Of a stretch of DNA of 62,000 nucleotides, positions 12,860-24,683 are shown one piece after another (positions within the stretch are counted from its first letter, which is position 1; each line of letters starts with the position of its first letter). This DNA comes from Lama guanicoe. Taxonomy: Eukaryota. The notes beneath the pieces are model-generated. The model was not told the origin of the DNA. It ran no database searches and worked only from the letters and a program-made list of their open reading frames with translations. Location: assembly GCA_013239625.1 (NCBI GenBank), contig MU054323.1, positions 3,832,161-3,894,160 on the forward strand. The letters run 5' to 3'. The translations under genes were made by a program, and so were the position numbers.

Positions 12860-15800
12860 TTTGTTTTACATCCTTTAAAAAAGTTTTTATTTGGAAATAC
12901 TTTCAGACTTACAAAAAGTTGCAAAAAACAACACAAAATAGTACAAAGCATACCCTATAAACCCTTTATCCAGATTTCCTTATTGTATTAGTTTCCTGTG
13001 ATTGCTGTAACAAATTACCAAAAGCTCAGTGGCTTAAAACAACAGAAATGTATTATCGTACGATTCAGGAGGCTCAGTGTCCAAAACCAAGGTGTTGACA
13101 GGACCATTCTCTTTCTGAAAGCTCTGAAGAATCTGTTCACGGTCTCTTAGCTTCTGGTGTTGTCAGCAACCCCTGGCATCCCTTGCCTTATGGAAGCATC
13201 ACTCCAATCTCTCCCTACTTCATTGCATAACCTTCTCTCTGTATGTCTCTTTATATCATCTTCCCTGTGTACATGTCTGTCTCTGTGTCCCTTCTCTTCT
13301 TTTAAGAACACCAGTCATATTGGATTAAGAGCCCACCCTCTTCTAGCATCACCTCATCTTAATTACATCCATAAGAACCCTACTTCCAAATAGGGTTCTT
13401 AGGTCCTGGGAAGGACATGAATTCTTGGGGGACACTACTAAACCAGTTGCACCCACTGTTAATGTTTTACCCCATTGGGTTTATTGTTTGCACTCTCACT
13501 CTCCTTCCTCTTCTCCTTTCTCTCTCTTTTGGTTCTCTATTTAAAATATATAAAATAAATAAATATATAAAAATATATAATATTTTTTCCTGAATCATTA
13601 CACTGCATGCACCATGGACCTTTTACTGCTACTTTAGTGTATTTCCTAAGACTAGGGATATTCTCTTACATGTGTTACTTACCCATTTCTGTAGAAACGT
13701 TTGTTACTTTTTTTAAAAAAAGTATTTTTTTTTAAATTTAAAAAATTATTTTTTTAAAAAAAAATTGTACTCTTACATAAGCACAGTACGATTGTCAGCT
13801 TTGTTAGTTGATACTGATGCTAACCTTTTATTTATTCTACCATCCATATTCCAATTTTGTTAGTTGATCCGTAACATTTTTTATAGCATTTTCCCCCTCC
13901 AAGACAAGATCCATTCTAGGGACAGGAACTGCATTTTGTTGTTATATCTGTTGAGGTCCCTTAGTCTGGAACATTTCTAGAGCCTTTCTGATGTTTTATG
14001 ACATTGACATTTTTGAAGATTACAGACTCCCCCCTACCGACAGCCACTCACTTTTTTTTTTTAAAAACAGAACTTTCCTCATTTTGTACTTTTCCTATTA
14101 TTTCTTTCTGATTAATTTGAGCTTATTGATTTCAGCCAGAATAGTGCATTAGTGATGTTGTAGTACTTCTTAGGGTATCACATCTGGAGGGACACAGTGT
14201 TCATCAGTCCCTCACTGGTGTTAATTGTGATCACCTAGTCAGGGTACTGCCCAATTTTATAATGGTGTAATAATAATTATTATTATTATCTCTTCCAACT
14301 GTTAAGTATCCTGTGTGTAAAACCATGTAAATACCCTATTCCTCATCAAAATTTCTCCCTGAGTTTACCATCCATTAATGATTCTTTACCATTATGATTA
14401 TAAGATCATGATTTTCTAACCCAGGACCCTGTTGAGATTTACTAGTAGATTCTTGGCATGTTATAGTAAGCAGGAGACCTCCCTTGTCTATTTATTTATA
14501 TTCTATTGCAGTGGATGCATGAATTTCTATCTTTTAATGGTTTAGAATTACTGAAGTTAATTATTTGGTTACTCAAATTGTCCCATATTAGTAGGGGTCC
14601 CTTCAAGCTGGCTACTGTGTCCTTACGATAAGCTCCAATAAAACTTTTCAGCACTTTGTGATTTTCTGGTGTAACAAGTTGTTGTAGGCTTATCTGGTAC
14701 CTTCCCTGGGATCAGTTGTTTCTCCAAGGACCCTTGGTTCTTTTTAGTGAGGAATGGTTTAGAGGCCAAGGAATGGGTTCCAGCTATGCTCATTGCTGCT
14801 GGGGTATCTTTGTTTCTTGGCCCTTTCAGTGGACAGAGCTAGGAAACATATGCATGTATATACATACATATACAGACATACAAATAGAAACATGCATATA
14901 GACTTACATATAGGTATTCTAGAAATTATAAGTTTATCCTGATATCTCCAATTCCAGTCTATTCCCACAGGATGTTTTCTTGCCTTCCCTCCATTCCTTA
15001 TTTGTAACTCTCCTTCTCCATGGTGAGGCCCCTGGCTCCCAACAACACTGGCACATTTACTCATTTGCTCAATCTTGTAATACATTTAGAATAGTTTCAG
15101 AATTTCAGAATTGTGTCACCCATACCACAACAATAAACAAACCACTGCAAAGATGGGTTTGCATTCTCTTGTCTCCCGTATCCAACTCTTCCCAATTCTG
15201 AGGGTATATAGTCTAACACTGTGTTCTTAGTTACATGGATTATTAGTTCTTTCTTTTTACCCTCTTCAGTGTGCTTATAGTATTGATTTGAAATATAATG
15301 AGGTTCATTTTTCTTTTTGTCTTCTTTCTATTTTAGGTGTTCTCCCCTCCAATTCCTACTTTTACTGATTTAATTTCCTTGTTGAGTATGTAGGATAGTG
15401 ATACACTTTCAAAAGTGAAAGAAGTTTCACTCCCTCTCATATTTTCCATTCCATTCTTCCCACCCCTAATTGGTAACAGAGTTTATTGTGTTCTGGTTAA
15501 TCCATCTGTTTTTCTTTTTTGCAATGATAAGTAGATATATTTTCTTATTGTCCTTTTATTTTTTCACAAAAGATGTCATAACACATATTATCTTTAGAAT
15601 TTTGCTTTTTCCCCTTAATAATATTTCCTAGAAATAAATCCACAACAGTTCAGAGAAATCATCCTCATTTTTTACAGCTATATAGTACTCCACTGGGTGT
15701 ATACTCCGTAGTTTATTGAACCAATCTCCTAAGCTTGGATGCTTGGGTAGTTTCCAACATTTTGTAATTACAAATGATGCTACCATGAATAGCATTTTGC

Positions 15801-16550
15801 ACATGAATTTTTGTATTGTTGGAGTTGTATACTCTGGGTAAGCTTTTAACAGGGGGATTTCTGAGTTGAAGGACAAGTACATAAAAGTTTTGTTATTGAC
15901 AAATTCCCCTCCATATAGGATTTTTCCTGTTTTGCAGTTTCACCAGCAATACATGAAACTATTTTTGACAGTCTTACCAATATAAAGTATAGCCACATTT
16001 TAAAATTTTTGCAAATCTATTGGTTAAGAGATGGCATTTCAGTGTAATTTTAATTTGCATTTTCTTATTATGAGTGAAGATAAACATTTTTTCATATGTT
16101 TTAGGGCCATTTGAGATCTCTTTTTGTGAATTGTCTGTGTTTTGCCTATTTTTATAAGGAATTTTGGACTTTTTTCTCCTAACTTTTAAAAGTTCTTTAA
16201 AATCAGACATGCTAGCCTTTTTATCTATGATAACTGTTACAAATATTTTCTTCCATTTTTATTGCCACTGGATTTTGAGTTACAGTTAGAAAGTCTTTTT
16301 CCACATTGAAAATTAAAGCAGAACTCATCCACATTTCTTCTAGTAGCTGTGTGGTTTCATTTAGCTGACTTTGGTATTCATTTAATTCCCAGTTGTTTTT
16401 CTTCTTCTGAAGATTCCTGACCTTTTTGTCAGGTCATTTATTCATTTTTAAAAAGTGCCTAAAATATTTTATCTGGAAATTTTAGTGGTGTCTATCAGGA
16501 GGGTCACTCAGGGGATTGCATCTACCATATTGCTGGACATAGAAGTCAGC
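12860..16550 (-). mobile_element. Old L1 (L1MC/L1MB/L1ME) fragments with nested MLT1 LTR (~12985-13450)
   Basis: L1MC 3' motifs and ORF2-like ORFs 15628-15882 and 15974-16210. MLT1 start tgtattagtttcctgtgattgctgtaacaaattacca. Confidence 0.8.
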
Positions 16551-16622
16551 TAATCTGTGTTCTGTAGTGCTTAGAGAAGACGATATGGTTTTACTATCCA
16601 GTTCAGAAACCCACAGTCTTAC

Positions 16623-16680
16623 AACGTGTCAATCCTTTTCGTAATCTGCTTTTGGCTAATCATGCCGTTTCCTTTTAAAG
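16623..16680 (-). pseudogene. 58-nt exon remnant
   Basis: Strong acceptor ctttctttttcaacAG and donor GTAAGA. Reads FKRKRHD*PKADYEKD*H, versus RGSL1 YRRFMLNPSKRQEFEDYLH. Confidence 0.6.
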
Positions 16681-16974
16681 CTGTTGAAAAAGAAAGTGGT
16701 GCATATTAACCTTTTCTGAAGGTTTCTATGTGTATTTGCTTAAAATACGATAAAATATAGATTACTTAGCTGAATATATTTTTAGAGGAAAGAACTTAAA
16801 AGCAAGCTTCATTTGAAAACACGCTGCTTGAATTCTGTATGTGATTAGCAAATATTTCTACAATTCAAATTTTCTTCAACATACAAGCCCAAATAGAAGC
16901 ATATGATTCAGTATTAGAGATTTGTTTAACAGAGAAATGAAATTCAAATGATAGTATTAAAAAGCTAGAATTAC

Positions 16975-17452
16975 TTAAATACTCCTTATCAAGGTACAAA
17001 TGCGCTTCATTAGGAGATCATTAGCCATTGGAAGGTACCCATACTGCTCTCTCTGATCTCGAGTTGACAAGGCCTAATAGCCCGTAGTTGTTGTACATGT
17101 GGCCCTTTTATAAGCCAGAAAGTGCCAGGACTTCACATAGTAGCATTTCCATTTGTTTGCAGTATTACAGATGAAAACAAAACTCAAGTTTCTGGAAAGT
17201 CCCTCTTTCTAGTCCCATTACATGTTCCTGGACCCAACCTAGTGCAGTTGTTGTTCCTGGCTCTTGCTGCTTTTGAATTCAACTCCACAGATACTGATCC
17301 GAGCAGTTCTACACATAAGTGCGAAGGATTTATACAGGCTCCATCCAAGAAAAGCGTAGTTTTTCTATCAGCTGATTCTGGGTCTCCTGCCCTCCAGCCT
17401 TCACTGTAAGTTCTCTTACGTTCTGGATTTGGTAAAAAAAGTTTTAGATGAG
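16975..17452 (-). pseudogene. Exon remnant(s), third RGS-like domain
   Basis: Acceptor gtctcttttaaccgacAG and donor GTAATT. Reads TTTALGWVQEHVMGLERGTF versus RGSL1 TTSTLLTLQGHVMKSIEEKWF, and KRICTLIRSI versus MRMISFIRSF. Confidence 0.7.
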
Positions 17453-18588
17453 CTGTCGGTTAAAAGAGACAGCTATTAGGATTTTTACCGGACCAAATTT
17501 TATCTCCACTGCCAAAGAAACATTTTGAAAATCATTGTAAACTTTTATGATGAAGTGTAGAAATCTGTAAAGAAGCTTTGTTTGAAAAAAAAAGGAAAGG
17601 AAAAATTTCCCCATAAAATTCTCCCAAAATTCACAATCTACAAAATGTGCCCTTCCTTACTTTCCTTTTTCACTCACTTCCTAATTCTCAGCAGCTGCTT
17701 GGTCTCTGCAGCTAGCACTCTGAGTGTTTGCTTAATCAGTATTTGTGGACTGAAAGAATAATCCAGCAGTAGTAGACAGTATATGAAACCGTGTTGGCAA
17801 ATCTCAGATCTGAAATGGTTTAAATGATGGTCTGATACTATATAATTTAATATGGAATCACAACCATTAAAATCTTTAGTTCCCAGGTGAGAAGGTTATT
17901 GTCTTCATGGTTAGTTATAAATATTGCAGGAAGCACATGCAGCAAGTTATTATTAAATTGATGCTAAGAATGTAAATTATTTGCAGTCCAAAGTTATGGA
18001 TAACGTCAAAGGAAACTATGTACATTGAAACTACATGATGCTTGATGTGAAATATCTATGGAAGCTTTGAAACTCCCGTTCTTTGCTCTGGCTCATGGTG
18101 GGTTTTAGACTTCATTCACAGACATGGTCTTGTCTGGGGCTCACAATAGTCTTGTGGGGCAAGTGGTCCGAAAGTTTCTGTCATCTTTATGGGATGAGGA
18201 ATCTGAAACTTAGAAGGGTTAATTGACCTTCCAGGGTTTCCAGCTGTATTGACAGGGTCTAGGCTGAAATACAGGCCTCTGGACTCTTCATCGAGTGTTG
18301 TTCCTATTATAACATGAAGAGAAAATAAAACTTAAAGCAGAAGAAGAAAGGAAAGGAAAACAAGTTCAATTTCATAGGCTGTTGCAAATATTAGGTTTAT
18401 ATTAAAAATATTTTTAAATGTTATAAATTTGGTGGATGTTGCTATAAACTTCTGGGGGCCGGGGGAGAATGTCTTGATTTTTCTTTTTTTAATTCAGATA
18501 TAAAATGAAAACAGGCTTTGTTGAACAATAAAGCTCATAGGGTTACACTGATTCAATAGTTTAGGTGTGTCAGTTTTTAATCTCTTAC

Positions 18589-18764
18589 TGGAGACTGTTA
18601 GCACTTCTGCCCACATGCCATGAAATCTCCAATCCTCTCAGACTTTGCTGGGAATTTTCCTAACGGAGGTAACTCTCATCCTCACTCTGCACCAAGTGGA
18701 TTGATGGCAGTGCTCTGCATAGCCATCTGTCTATCAGAAAATCCCAGAACCCTCCAGTTGGGAC
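18589..18764 (-). pseudogene. Exon remnant, RGS-box-like start
   Basis: Pyrimidine tract cttctttccccttgtct...taAG and donor GTAAGA. Reads LCRALPSIHL....SYLR*EN, and SERIGDFMACGQK resembles the RGS consensus SEENIEFWLACE. Confidence 0.45.
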
Positions 18765-19198
18765 CTTAGTTGTAGACAAGGGGAAAGAAGATGCTGAGAG
18801 TAAAGAAAGGCATAGATGGGATTCAGAAGGCACACGCTTGGTTATCATCATTATTTGAAAATTTCTAATACAGAACCTGGCCTAACACCATCATCCACTG
18901 TGGCACAGAAGTCACTTTCCAAGGCCCAGATTGAGCAATGCATTTTTATTCTTTGAGAGAAAATTAACAGGTAGAAGAAGAATCCCAAGACTGCAAATGA
19001 CAGCTCTTTACATGACTTCTGTCTGTTGTCAGATGTGCTAGGGTTTGTGCATCTTACTGTAGAATAAAATCCCCCATTGTTATCTCTTGGCTGTTTAGAA
19101 ATTCAGTCTCTAGTTCATTTGGTTACATATGTGCAAAATACTTAAAGCACATGTGTGAAAAGACAGTTAAATACAACAGCAATTAAGTCAGTACTTAC

Positions 19199-19340
19199 AA
19201 AAATAGTTTTGGATAGTTCAAACTCTTGAATCTTGCTGAGATGGTTAAACTATATTCCAAAATACAACCTAAGGGGGACTGTATTAGGCCATAAGAGCTC
19301 TCTGCAGATCCCACTTGAACTTCATAACATGATGGTCTAT
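19199..19340 (-). pseudogene. Exon remnant
   Basis: Acceptor ttaacacAG and perfect donor GTAAGT. A stop-free frame reads SP...FKSLNYPKL, versus RGSL1 SP...FEELCYKNPKM. Confidence 0.55.
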
Positions 19341-19572
19341 CTGTGTTAACAGAGTTGTTAAAATGTAAATTACTAAGAGTAAATCCGTATGAAAGGAGCT
19401 GTGCCAAGTTGAGGTTAAGAGGTTACAGGCAATTTCCCTGTAGCTGGAACTGTGACTAGGGCTGGGGCTGAGCCCGAGCCAGTGTTAACACATAAAGCAA
19501 ACTCTTCTTAGAATACAGAAGGGGCTTTAGGAAGTTAAGTGTAAACCTAATAATGATCAGAAGAACTCTTAC

Positions 19573-19673
19573 TCATGATAAGTTAAGACTTGTAAGTAAA
19601 GTTAGACCAAATCATTGAGCTACTTTCTTATTCCTCCCCAACAGCAATCTGTACCCTCCGTGCGTTTTGCTGA
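19573..19673 (-). pseudogene. Exon remnant
   Basis: Acceptor gctttgtAG and donor GTAAGA. Reads IAVGEE / LLTSLNLS, versus RGSL1 FIGKEE...IQQSLELS. Confidence 0.5.
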
Positions 19674-20333
19674 CTACAAAGCATTCATACGTACACATAG
19701 GTCTACAACCTATTCTAATGGTTCAACCCATCTGCAAATGCCAGTCTTCAAAATCCAGCTCTCCTAAAGCCTTTATGTGGTAGACAAGAGGATGGAAAGG
19801 CAGGCATCTTGGCATAAAGCTCTGTGTTCAGGCATCTTTCCAGCCTCTAATCCAGTGTCCACACTAGCTGCCAAAAGGGTCTTCCCAAAACACAAATCTA
19901 GTCATGGCACACTCATTTAACACCCTCTGGGATACTGCACCAGCTTTATTTCCCACCTTTTCAAACAGTTCACACTCAGGCCCTCTTGTGTGCTGTCATC
20001 TTTGCTTGTGTGGCCCCTTCTGCCTGGAAAAACCAACAATAACACCCCCCACCCCCCACCCAAGGAAAAAGATTTAGTTTTCAAGGCTCTATTTTTGTGT
20101 CTTTTCTTTTGTGAAAACTTCCATGATCTTTCATATTTATCTCTGCTTTTAAGACAGAATTAGCTCACTGTTATATTGCTTACTTACAGATTCCATTATG
20201 GTTGAATATTCATGCACATGTGTGTACATGAATAAGCTCACACATGTTTTAACTGTATGTTGAGCTTCTTGTGGGCTGAGCCACACCTTCTTTCCACATG
20301 TGCAGTGTAAGCTCTTAGAAAATAGTGACTTAA

Positions 20334-20607
20334 TCCCTTAAATGAACCCATGCAGCAGTCCCAGAAGAACCACAAGGTTTCTGATTATCTGAGAGTTGTC
20401 TTTGTGGAAGAGAATGTTAAGATGTCCCAAGTTCACTTGAATGTTAACTGGATTTATCGTGGTGATTATTTTGCCATATATACAAATATCAAATCATTGT
20501 GTTTTACAGCTGAAACTAATATAATGTTATGTTGATTATATCTCAATAAAAATTACTTTTAAAAAAATATGTCCCAAGTTCAAAGGAATTTCATTATGCC
20601 CTGACTC
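20334..20607 (-). pseudogene. Exon remnant interrupted by an L1 insertion
   Basis: After removing the L1 and one TSD copy it reads NSQIIRNLVV / SGTAAWV, versus RGSL1 KSQTIQGLKELLPSGDVIPWI. The donor has apparently decayed to TTAAGT. Confidence 0.55.
20436..20568 (+). mobile_element. 5'-truncated L1 3' end with 14-bp TSD
   Basis: L1MA-type terminus (atatatacaaatatcaaatcattgtg...ctcaataaa) and A-tail. TSD ATGTCCCAAGTTCA at 20422-20435 and 20569-20582. Confidence 0.9.
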
Positions 20608-20879
20608 CTTAAGTGAATATTAAACACAAAAATGACGGTAGGGGAAAGTCAATGGGAAGGCATGGGAGTTGCAGATACTGCAAAAGCTGAGGTCACAATA
20701 GAGCCAGACTCTGAAGCTTTGCATGACATCATGTTATTCTCTCAAAGGAGAAATCACAAGTTAAGCCACTATCTGGCAGATAACTGATGCTCAGCATAGG
20801 TAGGGTCCCACCTCTGACCCATCCCTTTACATTCCTCTGATGAAGTGCAGTCTACTTGCTCCTTGAATTCAGGCATTCC

Positions 20880-21900
20880 ATTGCTCAACAAATGTTTGTT
20901 GAGTATTTGCTCTTTTGCCAGGACTGTGCCATATTATGGAGATGGGGATAATGGTGTGTGCATTGATGCTTTTACAAAGCATGGTGTCCAGCAAACATTA
21001 CTATGCCCCAAAGATCTCGCCTGCCCTCTGCTCCCTATGATACATTCCTCTTGGAAGATATCATATATTTTGGTGGCTTCAACTATGCTCTATGCACTGA
21101 TGATTTCATCTCTATTCCAGATCTCCTTCCTGAGCTCCAGATTTATATATATATATATATATCCAATGATAATTAGCCATCTCAACCTGGATGTCTGTTT
21201 AGCACCTCAAGTGCAACGTGCCCATGGCTTACCCCAACATCTTCCCAGTGCCTAGTTTTCTTTTCCTGATCCCAGTGGATGTCATCACCAGTCATTCATA
21301 CTACAAATCCTGGAAACATCAACTTCAATGAGTATTTTTTGGGTTCCTCCTTTGCACCTTGCACTGGGAGAGTATTTTGATGTGCATTGTCTGTTTTGGC
21401 CTTTTTTTCTTCTTCTTCATACCAGCCTTTCACTACTACTCTACCATATCCAACCTGACTTCAGTCTGATCAGTTTGATTGTTACAAAGTTTCTCCACCC
21501 CGCTTCTTTCCAAAGCTGGTGTCCTAATTAAAGTTTCAAAACTTCTCACCTTATCATTGGAATTCATCCAGGATAAAGTCTAGGCCCAGCTTGGTATCTA
21601 GAGTCCTATGTGATCTGGCTCTGACCCAACTACCTAGAACTCATCTCCTCCTCTGCCCTTCCCCAGAGTCCTGATCTCCAGCAACACCAATTGACTCTTT
21701 TTTCAGTAGGTCTGTCTCTCCCATAGTGTCTTGCTTGAGGTGGTTCTATTTCCTTGAGTGACCGTTCCCCTGTTCTATACTTTTTGAAATCCTCCTCAGG
21801 CTTAAAGCTACCCTTCCTTTCCAGTTTCTGGTATTTCCTTAGAATGCAGTCATCTCAGCCTCTCCTGCACTTCCAGAGAGTTTGCTCTGTGTTATGGTGG
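20880..21900. mobile_element. L2 fragments
   Basis: caacaaatgtttgttgagt, tcctgagctccag..., tcacctt...caggataaagtc motifs. Confidence 0.6.
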
Positions 21901-22315
21901 CCACAGCCACCCCAGAAGAGCTTACTGTGAAGTGTTAAGAGGGGGCAGGCTCACTCTAGAGTCAGTCTGCCTGGTTCCACTTCTGATTTAAAATAGGACA
22001 ATACATCATGGATTATAATCCCCACAATCTCAGATGACTATGCCCTGAATCTATGGATGGAGACATCTCAATCCAAGGCACCTCCAGGAGCTTTGCTTTC
22101 CTTTAATTAAAAAGGAAAAAGTTGTTTGTAACACATAAATGTCCTGTGAAAACAAAACAAAGCAAAAACTTTGGACTAAATATGGTCAGATCACTGTGGG
22201 AGTTTAAAGGGAAAGGGCCAGGGAGTGGATAACTAGGTTAAGGAGGTTTAGCCAGAGAGAGTAATAAAATGAGATGACTACAGCAGTGATAACATCAAGG
22301 CAGGTCCTTGAATAC

Positions 22316-22504
22316 TTGTCACATCATTTGTTGGGGTGCATTAGGTAATCGTCCTGTTTTGCCACAGCTAGTGTGAAATAAAGCAACTTGCTCATGATTG
22401 CTATGTAGAAACACATGATGGCAAGGAGGGCCGGCAATTTTGGCCATGAGTAGTGTTAGATCTTTATCAGGAATCAGATGTAATCCAGGGTAAAATTCAA
22501 CAGG
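22316..22504 (-). pseudogene. Exon remnant, second RGS-like domain start
   Basis: Strong acceptor ttatgctttctatgctttttcAG. Reads LLMAKIAGPPC..VFLHSNHEQVAL / LWQN / DDYL, versus RGSL1 LALCADACAGNPFRDHLKKLNLKVEIQLLDLWQDLQHFL. Confidence 0.65.
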
Positions 22505-23022
22505 CTGAAAAAGCATAGAAAGCATAATTTGGATGAACATAACAACAAAAACTTAACATTTTCTCAATTATATTTTGCCTCTTGAATTACATAGAAAATC
22601 ACTTGAAAATTTTGATTTGCTAGGAAAGCAGTGCTGCATGCCAATTATACTGACATTTGAAGTTATTCATATAATGGGAAATCAAACCACCCACTGAACT
22701 AGGGGTACCATTGAAATTGGCAAATATTTCTTGTCCGAGGATGTTATATTGTTTGACTAGGTTGGCAGATGATATCTGCTCTCTGAAGGTGTCCCTATGT
22801 CTTCCTGCCACCCTGCTCAGGTTCTCTCTCCCTCCTCTGGGCTTCTACCACCTTGTGGGCATATATCAGTTACTGCATTTTTCAGACTGTATTTGTTTTT
22901 TTGTTTCCCCTCTAAACTGAGGGATCCTTTGGGATCTCTAGGCCATTTTTTAAGTATTTTTGCATTTTACCCGACAATGAAATTCTAAGTTTAGTTTTGC
23001 CTTCTTATAACCACCTTTACTT

Positions 23023-23110
23023 AGTGAGGCAAGAGAGCAGAGTGAGAACTCAGAGGAAGAATGGGAGTGAGGCAAGAGAGCAGAGTAAGAACTCAGAGGA
23101 AGAATGGGAG
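23023..23110. repeat. 43-bp tandem duplication
   Basis: Units start at 23023 and 23066 and differ at one base. Confidence 0.95.
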
Positions 23111-23242
23111 CCATTTCACCTGGAGTCCTCCTCCTCGGCCCAGAAGGAATGAGAGGAAATACAGACATCAAACATGTAAAAGCTTGCCGGACCTTTATGA
23201 AGAGGCGAGCATCTGATGAGGATAGTTCTGAGGGAGGAAGAT

Positions 23243-23346
23243 GCTGACTGCGCAGTTCTAAGTCAGGGTTTAACAAGGGAGAGCTGTTCACAGCGCTGAC
23301 TGCACAGTTCTAAGTCAGGGTTTAACAAGGGAGAGCTGTTCAGAGC
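23243..23346. repeat. 52-bp tandem duplication
   Basis: Units start at 23243 and 23295 and differ at two bases. Confidence 0.95.
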
Positions 23347-24501
23347 CCCAAACTGCATCACATCATACAGCTCTAAGGGCCAGGGGACAGGAGCAGTGCC
23401 CTCCCCGAAATGGAGCACAGGATTCTCCTTCTGGGTTGCTGTGCTGGCTGTCTTTGGCTGCCAGCAGAAGAGGGGCTGCACACATAAGAAGGAGCCTGGG
23501 ATGGACTGCAAGAGCTCTACTCCCCACCCCCCGCCACCCCCACCCCTCTGCACAGCTGTCTCTCTGCTGAAGAGACCAGGCGTGGTGTCTGCAGCCCCAT
23601 GTTTCATGCAGGCACCACCAGCAGCAGCTAGCTGGGTCACCTGGAGCTCTGAGTGTGTTTCCCTACCACCCTACTGAGCGTTAGAAACCCCTTGCACTCT
23701 GTCTTAAAGGGATCTGAGAGCCAGTGAGGTGAAGGATGGGAAAGCACTTTGAACTAGCGTGTCCGATACTCACCATCAGCCCTTCACCCCTGTGAGCCAA
23801 AGCAAAAACCCTTTGTGAAAAGGCAGCTCTGCATGGAAGAGGTCAGACATTAATCAGCAGTCATTAACTTCTTGCCTCTTTCCTGAGTGACCCTATCTGC
23901 GAATGGAGTTCAGAGGGAAGACTGAGAGAAATGAGTCCTGAGGTTTAGATGCCAGAAGGGGCAGGCTTGCCAGGCAGCCAGGTGAAGGATTCCTCTAGTT
24001 GCCTGAAGGAGTGAGGGAAGACAGAAGAGACAAGGGTAGCGTGGTGTTGGAGGAGCAGATGGAAAGGAACAGAAAAGCCTCCCAGGCCTGTGTTGGTCCC
24101 TGGGCTGGCCTTGGCCTGGAAGGGAGTAGTTTGGGCCAGAAACCCCGCTTGCTCTGCCTGACCCGAGAGCCTCACCCAGGGAATGCGTCTGGGAACAGGG
24201 ACAGAACTTGAGGCAACAATGGCCTGTCTCTCCTCTGAGAGCAGGAGTCAAGCTCATGAAGAGAGTTGGTGGAGAGGGGACTGTGCCAGAGAAAACAGAC
24301 GAGTGAAACAGAACCTCACCCAAGACTCCAGGCTGATAAAAGGAACATAGGAACATGGATTTCTTTCTGAAAGAGGAGCTTGGCTGTAAATGGCTAAACC
24401 TGTGAAGGGAAATAGACTATATAGAGAAGACTGTTCCCTCAAGATCCGTGTGAGTCTTCATACACCCCCTTTTTACCGCCTTAAATAAGTGGCTCTTAAA
24501 A

Positions 24502-24683
24502 CAGGGCTTCTCAGCTTCAGCAACTACTGATGTTTTGGGCCAGGTAGGCCTTGCTTGTGAGGGGCTGTCCTGTGCATCGTAGGGTATAGAGCAGCATCCT
24601 GGCCTCTACCCAGGAGAACCCGCTCCCCAGACATTTCTAGAAATGCCAGGGGGTACAAAATCTCCCCTGTCTGAGAACCACTG
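24502..24683 (+). mobile_element. MER20 (hAT-Charlie)
   Basis: cagggcttctcagc...ggggctgtcctgtgcatcgtagg...tgagaaccactg. Confidence 0.85.

Noticed and set aside
23023..23346. Direct repeats as a CRISPR-like array
   Set aside because: These are two-copy tandem duplications without spacers in mammalian DNA.
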